Shown: positions 38,384 through 52,700 of the stretch, piece after piece
Numbering within the stretch: the stretch's first letter is position 1
Layout of the letters: every line of letters starts with the position of its first letter
Source: Octopus sinensis
Taxonomy: Eukaryota
Length of the DNA: 64,000 nucleotides
NCBI RefSeq assembly: GCF_006345805.1
Contig: NC_043009.1
Coordinates: 56,978,001 to 57,042,000 of the forward strand
Reading direction: 5' to 3'
Program-made: the position numbers and the translations under genes
Notes under the pieces: generated by a model
The model's input: only the letters and a program-made list of their open reading frames with translations
Told to the model about the DNA's origin: nothing
The model's database searches: none

Positions 38384-41300
38384 TCCTTTCTACTGAAAGC
38401 ACAAGGACTTGAAATTTGTGGGGAGGGAACTAATCGATTACATTGACCCCAGTATTTCACTGGTACTTAATTTATTGATCCCGAAAGGATGCAAAGCAAT
38501 GTTGACCATGGAAGAATTTGAACTCAGAACATAGTGGCAGATGGAACACTGCTAAGCATTTTGCCTGGCATGCTAATGATTCTACCAGCTCACCGCCTTA
38601 ATAATAATAATAGATGGGCTACAGCAAATATTCTGCTCAATACTACAGATTTACTTGTCAGTTGTTTGACCATAACCAGTTGAGCATGTCCCTTAGTGGC
38701 TGACGATATGTGCATCTCTGATCATGAGCAGAAGTAGTGGGGGAGCATCATAGCTATGTATTGAGAGGGATTCTTTGGGGTTTGAATAATTCACCTCTGG
38801 AAACATGGGTGTTTCATTCAACATCCTAAAGCAACCCTTATTCAGGGACCTTTTGAGCAGGATGGGCTACTCGACCTGAAGAAAATTCTAACTGGGCCCC
38901 ACCTGCAAGGTCATGTGCTGTTTATCTTGATATGAGATCACCATGTCGCGCACATATGGTTGTGATGCATGTGCCTAGTGTACCCTTATCAGACGGGTAG
39001 TCATGATGGGTATACTGGGCTTCATATATTTTACCCCAGTGTCACTTTGATGGCATGCACTGCTCTCTCACTCAATAATAATAATAATAATTCTTTCTAC
39101 TGGAAGCACAAGGCCTCAAACTTGGGAGAAGTGATTAAGTCAATTACATCAACCCCAGTGCGTAACTGGTATTTATTTAATTGACCCCCAGCAGAATTTG
39201 AACCTCGAACATAAAGACAGGCGAAATACCACTAAGCATTTTGCCCCGTGTGCTAACGACTGCCAGTTTGCCACCTTAATAATAATAATAATAATTTGAT
39301 TTGCTGTCTTGAATTTAACATATTTCTCCAGTTGTAGCAATACAGTCATGGAGCTGTACTAATCAGCTACTTTGTCATAACTGCAGAGTTTATCTATTCC
39401 CATGTGAATAAATTATTGTTTGTATTCATCATTCATAGACCAACATGAAAACTACTCTGTGCAGTGAATAACACTTGTGTTGATTGTTCACGACGTGTTG
39501 TTCAGCATCTACATGCAGCCAGTAAACCAACACAACCACATTGTGAAACACAAACCTTGTCATGACACATGAATAATCTGTCAGAATTTTAAAACATTAA
39601 ACATACGAAACTAAGAGAGAAAAATATCCAACATTAGACTAAACATAAACAGTTATAAATTTGTGAATGTACACTGGAATATTGGTTTCAAATTCTGGTA
39701 CAAGGCCAGCAATTTTGGGGGAGGGGACAAGTCAATTACATTGACCTCAGTATTCAGCTGGTACTTTTTTTTTATCAACCCCGAAAGGATAAAAGGCAAA
39801 GTCAACCTCAGAAGAATTTGAACTCAGAATGTAAAGACGGATGAAATGTTGTGTAGTGGCACAAGCAGTCAGCACCATATTGGATGAGATCTTGCAGCAG
39901 CCATTGCCATCTCCGAGACTGGAGCGAGACCTCACCGGCATCCATTTGCCATGCGTGAGATCACAAGGAAGCTCGTGATGGCAAACTGTATATAAGGAAA
40001 AAGCAGAAACAGATTCAGTCTTTTCCTTTCCACCTCTTAGCAGCAGCGCTTGCTGATCGCACTCCATTGGCTTGCTCTGTCTGTATGTTGTACCTCCAGA
40101 GGCAATGTGCCCGCACTAACGGAGCTACTACACAATGCACACAGCTAAAGTTGGTTGCTGAGAGCAGCACACTTCACCTATCCTGTGAAACCTGTAAATA
40201 AACCAGTTGTAAATAGCATTTGTACTTGAAGTCTTCTCTCTTCGCTTGCCAAAAGCCTGAACTACACGAAGAACAAAAAGAGATAATGGAGGAAGGTGAT
40301 GTTCTCAATTATAGTTGCTTAGCATTTAGCCTGGCACAGCAATGGCTCTGCCAGCTCACTGCCTTCATATACTGAAAAACTGGTTCCAAATTTTGGCATG
40401 AGGCCAGCAATTTTGGAAGAGGGCATAAGTCAATTACATCAACTGGTACTTATTTTATCAACCCTGAAAGGATGAAAAGCAAAGTTGACCCCAGCGGCAT
40501 TTGAACTCAGAATGTAAAGTCAGAAGAAATGCCACTAAGCATTTTGTCCACTGCTCTAACAACTCTGCCAGCTTGTAAAGCAGAAACTGTTGACTGACAG
40601 AAACTCTGCCAGCTTGTAAAGCAGAAACTGTTGACTGACATTGAAATTAATCAGATGAAAGGAATTATAGAATCAGATTTGAAAAACAGTCCAATGCATA
40701 CAACCCACAAATCAGACAAAAAACTATGTCAGAGTCAAAGCAGAAAAATTATCAATCTTCACAAGAAGGAATAAATAGCATGACACACAGACAATAAGAA
40801 ACAACTTGGAGATCAAACCATTGAATAGGAAGATATCAATGAAATAACGATAATATCAGGGCAAATGATCTGACAGAACTTGAAAAGAAAAATAATTACT
40901 GAATGGGTCAAAGTCCACAATATGATCATGAAGGAATGCATTGGCTTTCTTAAGATTTTCAACAGTAAAGGGGGGAAAAAAATCTGTCTAGTGAGCTTAG
41001 CCCTTAAGTTCATTATAAATTAAAATATCAACAATGGACATCAAATGATGATGATATCTATGTAGGTGCAGGAGTGCCTGTGTGGCAAGAAGATTGCTTC
41101 CCAACTACATGGTCCCGGATTCAGTGCTGCTGAACATATATATGAAAATTTTAAATATACATAATTGAAAAATAAAATAATACTTCAATAATTAAATACT
41201 TTAAAATTAAATAAAATACACAAAGCTATTACAAGTCACTAAATTGTAATCAAAATAAGAAATGTTTCAAATATAGACAAACTCCTTACATAAGCTAACC

Positions 41301-41458
41301 ATATAATAAATATACATGTGTAGTATCTATAGATTTAATATAGCAAACTATAACAAAATAGACTAAATATCAAATAATATAATACCTATTATATGTAATT
41401 TTCTAGATGGTGTAATTTAATTATTCATTTTGAATTGATAAAAGGTGTTTTTTTTCCA

Positions 41459-41503
<45 letters not shown>

Positions 41504-44500
41504 TCATTGTTTAACATCCATCTTCCATGCATGCATGGGTAGGATGGTTGACAGGAGCCAGCCAGGTAGAAGACTACCCCAGGCTACTGTGTCTGTTTTG
41601 GCTGGGTTTTTACAGCTGGATGCCCTTCCTAACACCAACAGAATGAGAAAGAAATAGTTATCACATGTAAAGTTACATATACCTATGGGAACATTTATGA
41701 AGAACCCCCAACTATAAGAAAGAAAGAAAGAAAGAAAAACAAACTAGGAAGCAGAAACCCAAAGGAAGAATAAAGCTAAGAAGCAACTACTTGCAAAGAG
41801 AAATTAATATCCCAGAAAAAAACTGTAAGGAGTTACTCTGAGCAGTAGAAGGAGTACTTACTTAGTTTTCCTCCGGTATTGACATTATTCAAAACACCAA
41901 ATGCCATCGATGGTAGAAGTATGGCAAAGTAAAGAAATAATGTTGTGGACAGAGTCTTCTGGACTGACCTGGGACCAACGACACCTGTGTGTATATGAAA
42001 AAAATTAGTTTTTTTTTTTTGTATATTAACACATACATACATACATATATATATATATTAGCCTTTTTGGAACAGTGGAGCTTGAAGCAGGTAATGCTAT
42101 AAATAATAACATGTAAATATTTGGTAATCTTCAATTTTTAGTATCTGAAGAGATTTTCAATCCAATATTTATTTGTTATTGTGGAGGCACATGGCAGAGT
42201 GGTTATGGTATAGGGCTAACAGAAGTATGGTTGTGAGTTCAATTCCAGGCAGCACATTGTGTCCTTGAGCAAGACACTTCATTTCACATTGCACCAATTC
42301 ATTCAGCTGGAATGATGAGTAGTACCTGTTGTTCAAAGGGCTAGCCCTGTCACATTCTGTGCCACGCTGAATCTCCCTAAGAACTATGTTAAGAGTATGC
42401 GTGTCTGAGGAGCGCTTAGCCACTTGCAGGTTACCAATTAGCTGGAACATTCATCATTGTAACCACTGACAGAGTGCCAGCTATATGCTATTATTTATAG
42501 CATTATCTGCTTCGAGATCCACCATTTACTAAAAGTATTATCACATATTCTTTTGAGGCTTATATATTCTTATGATATTAACAACAATACACAGATGATT
42601 ACAGGTATGTTCACTGCCATCAATTCACCATGAGGAAAGTTTACAAAGAAAATTTATCCATAGTAGCTCACCATTAATAATAAAATACTATTTTATTGAA
42701 AAAAAAAAGAAAGTGAATTGATGATGGTAAACATACCAGATATGAACACACAACTACCTACACACACACACACACGTTGCCCCAGTCCACTCAGCTGTAA
42801 ATGAATTCCAGCAATAGCTGGAGAGCTAACCCTGCAAATGGACTGGCAACCCATTCTGGGGTGAGTGTTGTAATCTCTAATTGCACAGCATGGAAGTCTG
42901 GTTGAGCTCCATCCTCATGTGTCCTAGAGCTCATTAGGGACCAAAGACACAAAACTACTTTGAAGCCCATCAAACGAACCATACCTGTACTTCAACATGT
43001 CCAGCCCTTGTCACACACCTTGTCACTCTGATTTTTACCTGAGGATTACATTTACAGTACATGTACCCACAGAACACTAAGCCGATTCCACACAAATTCT
43101 ATGAACATGAAATACAATTGACTAAACAACTGAATGCTCTGTAGTAAAGATTGTTTACCAACATAACATGGCAGTCGTAGTTTAGGATGCACAGCCAGCT
43201 GGAGATGATGTCTCTTGGGGCCAAAATTACAACAACATTCGTCCTAAACCAGGACTGCCATGTTATGTTGGCAAACAATATTTACTACAAAGTACTGTTG
43301 CTGAATATCTCACGTTGTGAGATTTAAAAATAGTAATTTACTAACTGAATGCTCGTCAACCAGACCAATAGATCCAAGTCACAGCCAACATCTGGATTGT
43401 CTGTTCACATGTAGATATCAACAACCAGGTTTTAAATAATAACTCACTCGCATGGGCAGTAAGACCAAAAACTATTTGGTTTATTGTAAATATGGCTTTC
43501 TATTTCATCATCATCATTTAATGTCTGTTTTCCATGCCGGCATGGGTTGGACAGTTTGACTGGGGAGTGGCAAGCCAGGAGGCCACACCAGACTCCAATC
43601 CGACACTGTTTCCACAGCTGGATGCCCTTCCTAATACAAATCACTCTGAGAGTGTAGTGGGTGCTTTTTACATGTCACCAGTCATGAGAGCCAGTCAGGC
43701 AGCACTGGCATTGGCCACATTCGGATGGTTTTTTTTTACGTGCCACTGGCACAGGAGGCAGTCTGGGCAAGGGGGCTGGTATTGACCACGTTTGGATGGT
43801 GCTTTTTACATGCCACTGGCACAGGGAGACAGTCAGGCGACACTGGCAATGACCCAAGCATGAATGGTGCTTATTGAATGCCACCAGCATGGTAGCCAGT
43901 CAGGCGGCACTGGCATAGAAAATCATAAATTTATTCTGTACAAATACTTTTTTCATCCTTAAATATTTATAATTGTATATAAATTCCTTAGTTACTATAA
44001 TTTATTAGTTCCTTTTGCATATTCTTAGTTTATGCAAATACAGTATTGATGTATCCCATTTATGTTCATTAGCAATGAATAAATAAAGAAATTTGACATG
44101 TACAAATATTTATTTTCCCCCACTGTATGTATATATATATATGCGAATATAAACAAGAAGGGTAGTAATATTGGTTACTACCAGGTGCCCAGCACAAAAG
44201 ACGAATTAGTCAAAAGACAAAATATCATTCATATAGAAAAATATTATTCATGTAGTAATACAATTAAGGGCTCCTAAATTAGGATGCCGAGTGCTGGGAA
44301 CACAAAAAGGGGATGAATTTATCGAGAGTGAAAATCAAAAACGTTTACCGATAACTTTACACCTCGGACTGATCAGTTTCTGCAACAACTGTGGAAGGTG
44401 TTTATAAGCCATTTAAGAAACACACAAAAACTGTTAAATTCACTTCAACATTTAAATTTAAATTATCAAAATATTTTCGTCACTTTGAGACCGTAACCTG

Positions 44501-47500
44501 TTCACTGACAAAATCCGTGCAGCACGGAATTTTGTTTTGCAAACAGCTTGCACATGCAAGTGCTACCAGTTGAAAGCTCTGCATACCGGAAGTCAGCAAG
44601 TGTATGGAGTCATCAGGAGAGAATGCGCGTCATTTCAGGACCTACCTCTCAACAGCATCATTGCGCACCAACCACCCCCTCACTGATATGAGGCCCCGCT
44701 TGCTAGATCAACTGTTTATCAAATAAAGCTCAATATTCTTCAATCCGTTGCTCATCATATCTTTTTAATCAAATCCAGGGGCTAGCCTTTTCCACTGTAG
44801 TTTGGATATCGGTCATGGTGGTATTTACTTTACAATGAGTTAGGCCCAATGATAACAACAGTCACCCCACACTGTGTCTAACAAATCCTCTACATCCAAC
44901 TTCGATTGGAAAATGCTCTGCTTTCCAACCTGAAAGTACCAAAGCCACGAGGCAGAACAATCTGTGTATAAGGAAATGATAAGAGACAACCACGAGCCCA
45001 TAGCTCAGCAGTTTTACAGCCGATCAGAATGTAGACATTCACATACACACATATACACAGATGCATGCATAGACATGCACACATAGATGTGCACATACAT
45101 GCATGCATGCATTCATACACACAAATACAGATGCATACACACAGACGTGTATGCACACGCACACACACACACACACACACACATTCATACACACAAATAC
45201 AGATGCATACACACACAGACGTGTATGCACACACACACACAGAGGCATACACGCACACAAATACAGATGTATATATACAGACATGCACACACTCATACAC
45301 ACAGATGTGTATACACATGCACACACACGCAATCATACACATATGCACGCACACAATTAGACACATGTACACACTCATACATGCAGATGTGTATGCACAC
45401 ACACAAATGCACACATGTATACACAGACACATTCCACATATATATCGAGCTTTGTTCAGTTTGCATCAACCAAATTCACCCACAAGGAATTGGTTGGTCC
45501 ATATGAGTATATACACGTGTGTGTGTGTGTGTGTGTGTTTCTCTTTTACTCTTTTACTTGTTTCAGTCATTTGACTGCGGCCATGCTGGAGCACCGCCTT
45601 TGTAAGCCTAGTACTTATTCTATCGGTCTCTTTTGCTGAACCGCTAAGTGACGGGAATATAAACACACCAGCATCAGTTGTCAAGCGATGTTGGATGGGA
45701 CAAACACAGACACACAAACATACACGCACACATATATATATACATATATACGACGGGCTTCTTTCAGTTTCCGTCTACCAAATCCACTCACAAGGCTTTG
45801 GTTGGCCCGAGGCTATAGTAGAAGACACTTGGCCAATGTGCCACGCAGTGGGACTGAACCCGGAACCATGTGGTTGGTAAACAAGCTACTTACCACACAG
45901 CCACTCCTGCGCCTATGTTTGTGTAAATATAAAAATACGTTAGTTTTAGCAAGCTACACATTTTGCTGTGGATAAGTAGGTGGGAGATTTGTGGGTTAGA
46001 GATTAGATTTAATGGGTGAGATGTGGGTTTTAAGTGTTTTAGTTTTGAGTAAGAAAGAGAAATATTCACCATCTTTGTAATCAGAAATGTAATGAGGAAG
46101 TCTTCGCTTCAAATCTTTACGTAAACCTCGCATAAATCCACATTTGCACACTTCTTTCTGTAACAACGACAACAGATTTATCAGATTAATTTTAATAAAT
46201 ACAATTTCAAAGACAAGGTATTGTCTTTACAAATTAGTAAATGTTAACTATATAGGCGCAGGAGTGGCTGTGTGGTAAGTAGCTTGCTAACCAGCCACAT
46301 GGTTCCGGGTTCAGTCCCACTGTGTGGCATCTTGGGCAAGTATCTTCTGCCATAGCCCCGGGCCGACCAATGCCTTGTGAGCAGATTTGGTAGACGGAAA
46401 CTGAAAGAAGCCTGTCGTATATATGTATATATATATGTGTGTGTGTGTGTGTTTGTGTGTCTGCGTTTGTCCCCCTAGCATTGCTTGACAACCGATGCTG
46501 GTGTGTTTACGTCCCCGTCACTTAGCAGTTCGGCAAAAGAGACCGATAGAATAAGTACTGGGCTTACAAAGAATAAGTCCCGGGGTCGATTTGCTTGACT
46601 AAAGGCGGTGCTCCAGCATGGCCGCAGTCAAATGACTGAAACAAGTAAAAGAGTAAAGAGTAAAGAGTAACCTGATTCTGTTAACTAATTAGCTCCTACT
46701 AAGTCATTGGTTACTGTTAAGGTACCAGTTTGTGCAAGGTACCAGTTAACTAATCTAGAGACCATGGGAATTTGAAGTTCATTATCATCATCATTTAATG
46801 TCAACTTTCCATGCTGGCATGGGTTGGACGGTTTGACTGAAGACTGGCAAGCCAGGAGGTTGCACCAGGCTCCAGTCTGATCTGGCAAGATTTCTACAGC
46901 TGGATGCCCTTCCGAATGCCAACCACTCAGAGTGTAGTGGGTGCTTTTTATGTGCCAGCAGCACAGGGGCCAGTCAGGCGGTACTGGTATCAACCAAGTT
47001 CTTGCACTTAAATTAGTACAGATTATAAGAGGTCCTCTAGACCAGTGGCTCCCAAAGTGGGAACCACAAGGGAGGCGGAAAGATCTGGGACGAAGGCAGT
47101 GAAGAAAAATGGGGTCATAATGGGGTGACCAAAATGGGGCAATGGATGTAAAGGGAAAACAAAATAAAGGGTTAATTACGCTCAGTTTTATTTGTGAAAT
47201 ATTGTTGTTGCAAATTTGCTGCAGAAAATGGTCTATGTCTGTGATGGTGAGTGGTGGTGGTGGCAGGGTGTGGGGGTGGGGCACTGGGAATGTGGCCTTA
47301 GAACCAAGGGGGTGGCAGCCTGATAAAGTTTGGGAACCACTGCTTGGGGACCATCAGTGCCTGGAAAATTGATGTACCTATATTGCTATTATTTACTTGA
47401 GATTCAATGTAAACTGTGTGGACCCATAAGTTTGTTGTCACTGTGTTATTCAATGGGGGCAAAAGAGAAGAATAATTACATAGATTAATTAAGGGTTAAG

Positions 47501-49210
47501 ACCCCCTTTGGTCATGAATGACCATGGGATTGCAACTAGAAAGTTACCCTCCTAGACACAAGTCCGGGCAAGGTTGTTTATGGAAGACCAGCAGTTGCCC
47601 ATGCATACCAGCCTCCCCTCTCCATGCCACTAGTGTTATCCAAGGGAAAGGCAAAGGGGCCGATACAGCTTGGCACCAGTGACGTCGCAACTCATTTCTA
47701 CAGCTGAGTGAACTGGAGCAACGTGAAATAAAGTGCCTTGCTCAAGAACACAACACGCAGCCCGGTCTGGGATTCGAGCTCACAACCTCACGATCGTAAG
47801 CTCAACGCTCTAACCACTGAGCCATGCGCCTTCACTATAATAGATTAATAATAATACACAAAGAGAGATGGGAAGAAAGAAAAAAAAACAAGATGTGGAG
47901 AGAGAGAGAAAATGTGGAGGAAGTGTATGGAAGAGACTGAATCAAGAGGAAAAGAGAGGATGAAACAGAGAGAGAGGTGGGGAGAGAGAATAACAGGGAG
48001 ATAGTAGACAGAAATTAGAGAGAATGTGAGAAACAATTTTAAAAATATAAAAGGGGAGTTAAAGGTGGAAGAGAGAAAGAGAGAGACAGACAGACAGACA
48101 GAGAAATAACAGAGACAAAAATAAACAAATATTGGGGAAAAAAAAACTTTTGTTGCATTTCAAGAAGAGAAAGAAACAAATGCTTCTTTGGTCTTGATTT
48201 ATTTAACCTGAATATTTCCACTCATTATTGAGAGCATAATCTCATCTGTCTGACAAATCTAGATAGATAGATAGATTTCTTTATTAGCCACACAGGGCTG
48301 CACACAGACAGGACAAATTACAAGGTAGAGCTTTTCTGTTTGGGGATTAAAAAAAAAAAAGAAGTGGGTTGGTTTTCGATCAAAAGGGATCGTAAATGGA
48401 AAGAAAGGTGAAAGCAAAAAACAAAAAGAAAAAAAAGAGGGAAAATAGAAATAAAAGGAAAAGGAAAAAAAATCTATCAATAGGGATCATTATCACAGAA
48501 ATGTCAATATAAAGTGTAAAGGGGAGGACAGGTGAGGTTTACCCGTGGAGAGAAAAGCCTACAGAAAAGACCACGGTAACCTCGGTCAGATAGATAGATG
48601 GATGGATGGATGGATGGATGCATGCATGCATGCAGGCAGGCACAGGTAGACAGTGAGACACATTAGTAGACAAATAGAAAGAAAGAGAGTAAGACTAACC
48701 TGCTCAGTCTCCTGGTGCATTTGGGACTTACGATTCTGTTCAGCTAAAATTTCAGCATATTTCCTAAGTACATTATTAAACTGTGCTGCACTAGAACATT
48801 GGGATAATTCTTGACGAAGGTCAGGACAAGAAAATAATGTGCCAAATGTTCTTCCTATTTCAAACTCGCTTTTTGTACCTTTCTGAAAAATAACATTAAA
48901 CATATGTAGTATATTTATGTAATATACATTTACACACACACACACATATATCTTCATCAATATATATATATATACACACAAGTGTATACATTACTCTTTA
49001 CTCTCTTTTACTTGTTTCAGTCATTTGAATGTGGCCATGCTGGAGCACAACCTTTAGTCGAGTAAATTGACCCCAGGATTTATTTTTTGTAAGCCTAGTA
49101 CTTATTCTATTGGTCTCTTTTGCCGAACTGCTAAGTTACAGGGACATAAACACACCAGCATCAGTTGTCAAGCAATGTTGGGGGACAAACACAGACACAC
49201 AAACACATAC

Positions 49211-49277
<67 letters not shown>

Positions 49278-49673
49278 TATATATTATATATATATAATAT
49301 AATATAATATTAATTAGAGATAAAACCACTATTATGCAAATCAAACAAAGAAAGACTTAATCCAATACATAAAAAATTTTATATAAATTAAATATACACA
49401 CACACATATACGACAGGCTTCTTTCAGTTTCTGTCTACCAAATCTACTCACAAGGCTTTGGTTGGCCTGAGGCTATAGTAGAAGACACTTGCCCAAGGTA
49501 CCATGCAGTGGACTGAATCTGGAACCAAGCTACTCACCACACTTGGTCATCCAGAGAGCAAAACTGGCCAAACTATCACTGGCATGTCCAGACACTTAAA
49601 TCCTCATTTCTATAGACACAATATTTCTTACTACTTCCATAGCTGAAGCAAGCTACTCACCACACAGCCACTC

Positions 49674-49704
<31 letters not shown>

Positions 49705-52700
49705 GGCACTAGTATGACTCTGTGGTAAGAAGCTTGCTTCCCAACCACATGGATCCGCGGTCAGTCCCACTGTATGGTATTTTGAGCAGGTGTCTTCTAC
49801 TATAGCCTCAGGCTGACCAAAGCCATGTGAGTGGATCTGGTAGATGGAAACTGAAAGAAAGCCCTTGTGTGTTTATATATCTGTGTGCATCTTTGTGTCT
49901 GTGTCTGTGTCTTACCACTGCTTGGCAACCAGTGTTGGTGTGTTTATGTCCCTGTAACTTGGTGAATTTCTTTTGAAATACACTGCTTTTGTTTCAATTC
50001 ATTTTGAAAATGATTAAGAATTTCGTAAAATAACTCTGTCATTATTAACTTTGTGCTTGGAACATAAATTAACATGAAAATTTTGGTGAAAGGATTTAAT
50101 TGAGACCACTTTAAAACAGGAACGTTGTATCGTAGAAACTGGGGCAGTTTCAAGGGAGTTGGCATCAAAAGGGTTAAGTCAACCCTAGTACTAGACCAGT
50201 ACTATATCTTATCAAATTCTGGATGGGTACAAAGCAAAGGTGATTTTGGTAGGATTTGAACCCAGACTGTAAAGATCCAGGCACTTTGCCCACTGCTCTG
50301 TTGTTTCTGCCAATCTCCCACCCTAATAATAATGTCACCTTCTTTTACTCTTCTACTTCTTTCAGTCATTAGACTGGGCCATCCATCTCAAAGGATTTAG
50401 TTGGACAAATTGACCCCTGTACTTACAATTTTTTAAACTTTATTTCTTATTGTTTTTCTCTTTTATCTGTTAAATTACAAGGACATAAATAACTCAACAC
50501 CTATTGTCAATCAGTGGGGGAACAAACTCAAACATGCACAGTGGAGCGCTAAGAACACCATCCGAGCGTGATTGTTGCCAGAGCAGCTGACTGGCTTCTG
50601 TGCCGGTGGCACGTAAAAAGCACCATTCAAGCATGATTGTTACCAGCATCACCTTACTGGCACTTGTGCCGGTGGCACATGAAAAAACATTCGAGCACAT
50701 GACCAGGTTGTTTATAGAAGACCAGCAGGTGCCCATGCATACCAGTCTCCCCTCTCCACACCACTGATGCTATCCAAGGCACCAGTGATGTTGCAACTCA
50801 TTTCTATGCCTGAGTGAACTGAAGAAGCATGAAATAAAGTGTCTTGCTCAAGAACACAACACACAGCCCAGTCTGAGAATCAAACTCACTACCTCTCGAT
50901 TGTGAACCCAATGTTCTAACCAATATATATAAATGTAACCACATGTGAATCGTTGGCGCTTTTTTTCCTCCATCTTCTTTTTCTATTGGACTTTCCTCTG
51001 TTTCTGAAGAAGAGCTTTGCTCAAAACACTAAACCACCTTTCTTTCCTTCCCTGAGTGTCTGCCAATACTTTACCATGACGTATATATATATATATACTA
51101 GCAGCATAGCCCGGCGTTGCCCGGGTATGTAAGAGACCATAGTAGGCAACGACTAATCCCAATCTAGTCCTTTCCCCCTAGGGAATGAAGGCGCATGTGT
51201 AGGTTGCAATGTCTTCTCTTCACTCGAATACTTCTGTGTATACGATGTTCCTAGCTGTCCCTTTGGGCAAAAACATGAAAACATCATTGCACCTCCCAAG
51301 AGAGTTAAAAAGGTCGAGTTGCGTCCCCTAGACAGTCTGTGGTTTGTGTTTAATACACAAATCGGTTTGCTATGTGTGCCACATATGATTTAATTAACCG
51401 ATTTTTTCCAGTAATAAAGTATCCTACTGGAATAAAAAGGGCCATATAGCTCCTTGGAGCAGAAATGATGCTCGCTGTGAATTTTAAAAAAAATTCCTGC
51501 CAATTTGTGAAAGATATTGTCAAGAATATGTCATCTTGAATTTGAACGCGATTTACCAAAATGGCATGATTTTATCGATTTTTTCTGATGGTAAGGTATT
51601 GCATGGAAAACTAACGTCAGAATTAAGTTTCTTAGGGTAACATTAAGCTTCACCATGAGTTTGGTGAAAATCGATTGCAAGTTGCGAAAACTACAACAGA
51701 AAATGTGTTGCATATAAGAAGCTTAGATTCTCGACCCCATGTCGAATTTATCGATACTTTTCAGAACTGGGGGAACTTTTCAAAATTTTCACTGCGTTAG
51801 TTTTGAATTATGACATTGGGCTGTGTGTGTGTCAAGTTTCATCAGAATCGGTTGAAAGCCGTGGTCAGGGTGAGGGTACAACCTGACAGACACACAGACA
51901 CACAGGCAGACAAACTGCCGTTTATATAGAGAGAGATATATAATTAATATAGACAGCCATATGCACTGTGCTACCAAAAGGGAAAGCTATAATTGTCACT
52001 AAACATGAGTAAGGTGTTAGAACACCGACACTGCTAGAAATAAGAGCTAAAATGCTGTAATGGTGTAATTAAAGCACATAATTGTAAATATATGTACTGA
52101 CAGGGACTGTAATCGCCCGAAAACACACGATGAGAATTTCCTGTATTGGTCAGTTTCAGCTAATCCTGTAGCCTCATCAGTAGGGACTGCTCGATTCAGC
52201 TGATTCCAGACTTAATTCTCTGCCAGTAAATATATATTCACCATAAATTTATATATATATATGCATATATAACAAGCTTCTACCATTTCCATTTACCAAA
52301 CACATTCACAAGGCATTGAGCAAACTGGGGATACAATAGAAAATACTTGCCCAAGGTACTGCATGCAGTGGAATTGAACCCAAAGCCACAAGGTTGCAAA
52401 GGGAACTTCTTAACCCCATGGCCATGTCTGCACCTTTTCACACATTTCAAACGGGTGGAATATAGTTAAATGAATTTAGAGAAGATGGAATATAATTAAG
52501 ATGAATGGACACAGTATATGACTGGTACATGTTTTTATCATTGTCTCAGGGAGGGAAGATAGCTTACCTCTTTTGTAGGAGTAATAATAATAATCACAAA
52601 GGATATTTCTTGAGCAGTTGTACCAAAGTTGGCTGGATGATGGAGATGAGCAATGCCGACCATAGTCTTGGTTACTAATGGACTGCAACACCTGAAATAA

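Noticed and set aside
44890-45574. Cys/Val- and His/Thr-rich ORFs resembling metal-binding proteins
   Set aside because: Translations of (CA)n/(TG)n microsatellites.
47760-47835. tRNA gene
   Set aside because: It has A and B boxes but no closed acceptor stem, and it continues into a multicopy SINE body.
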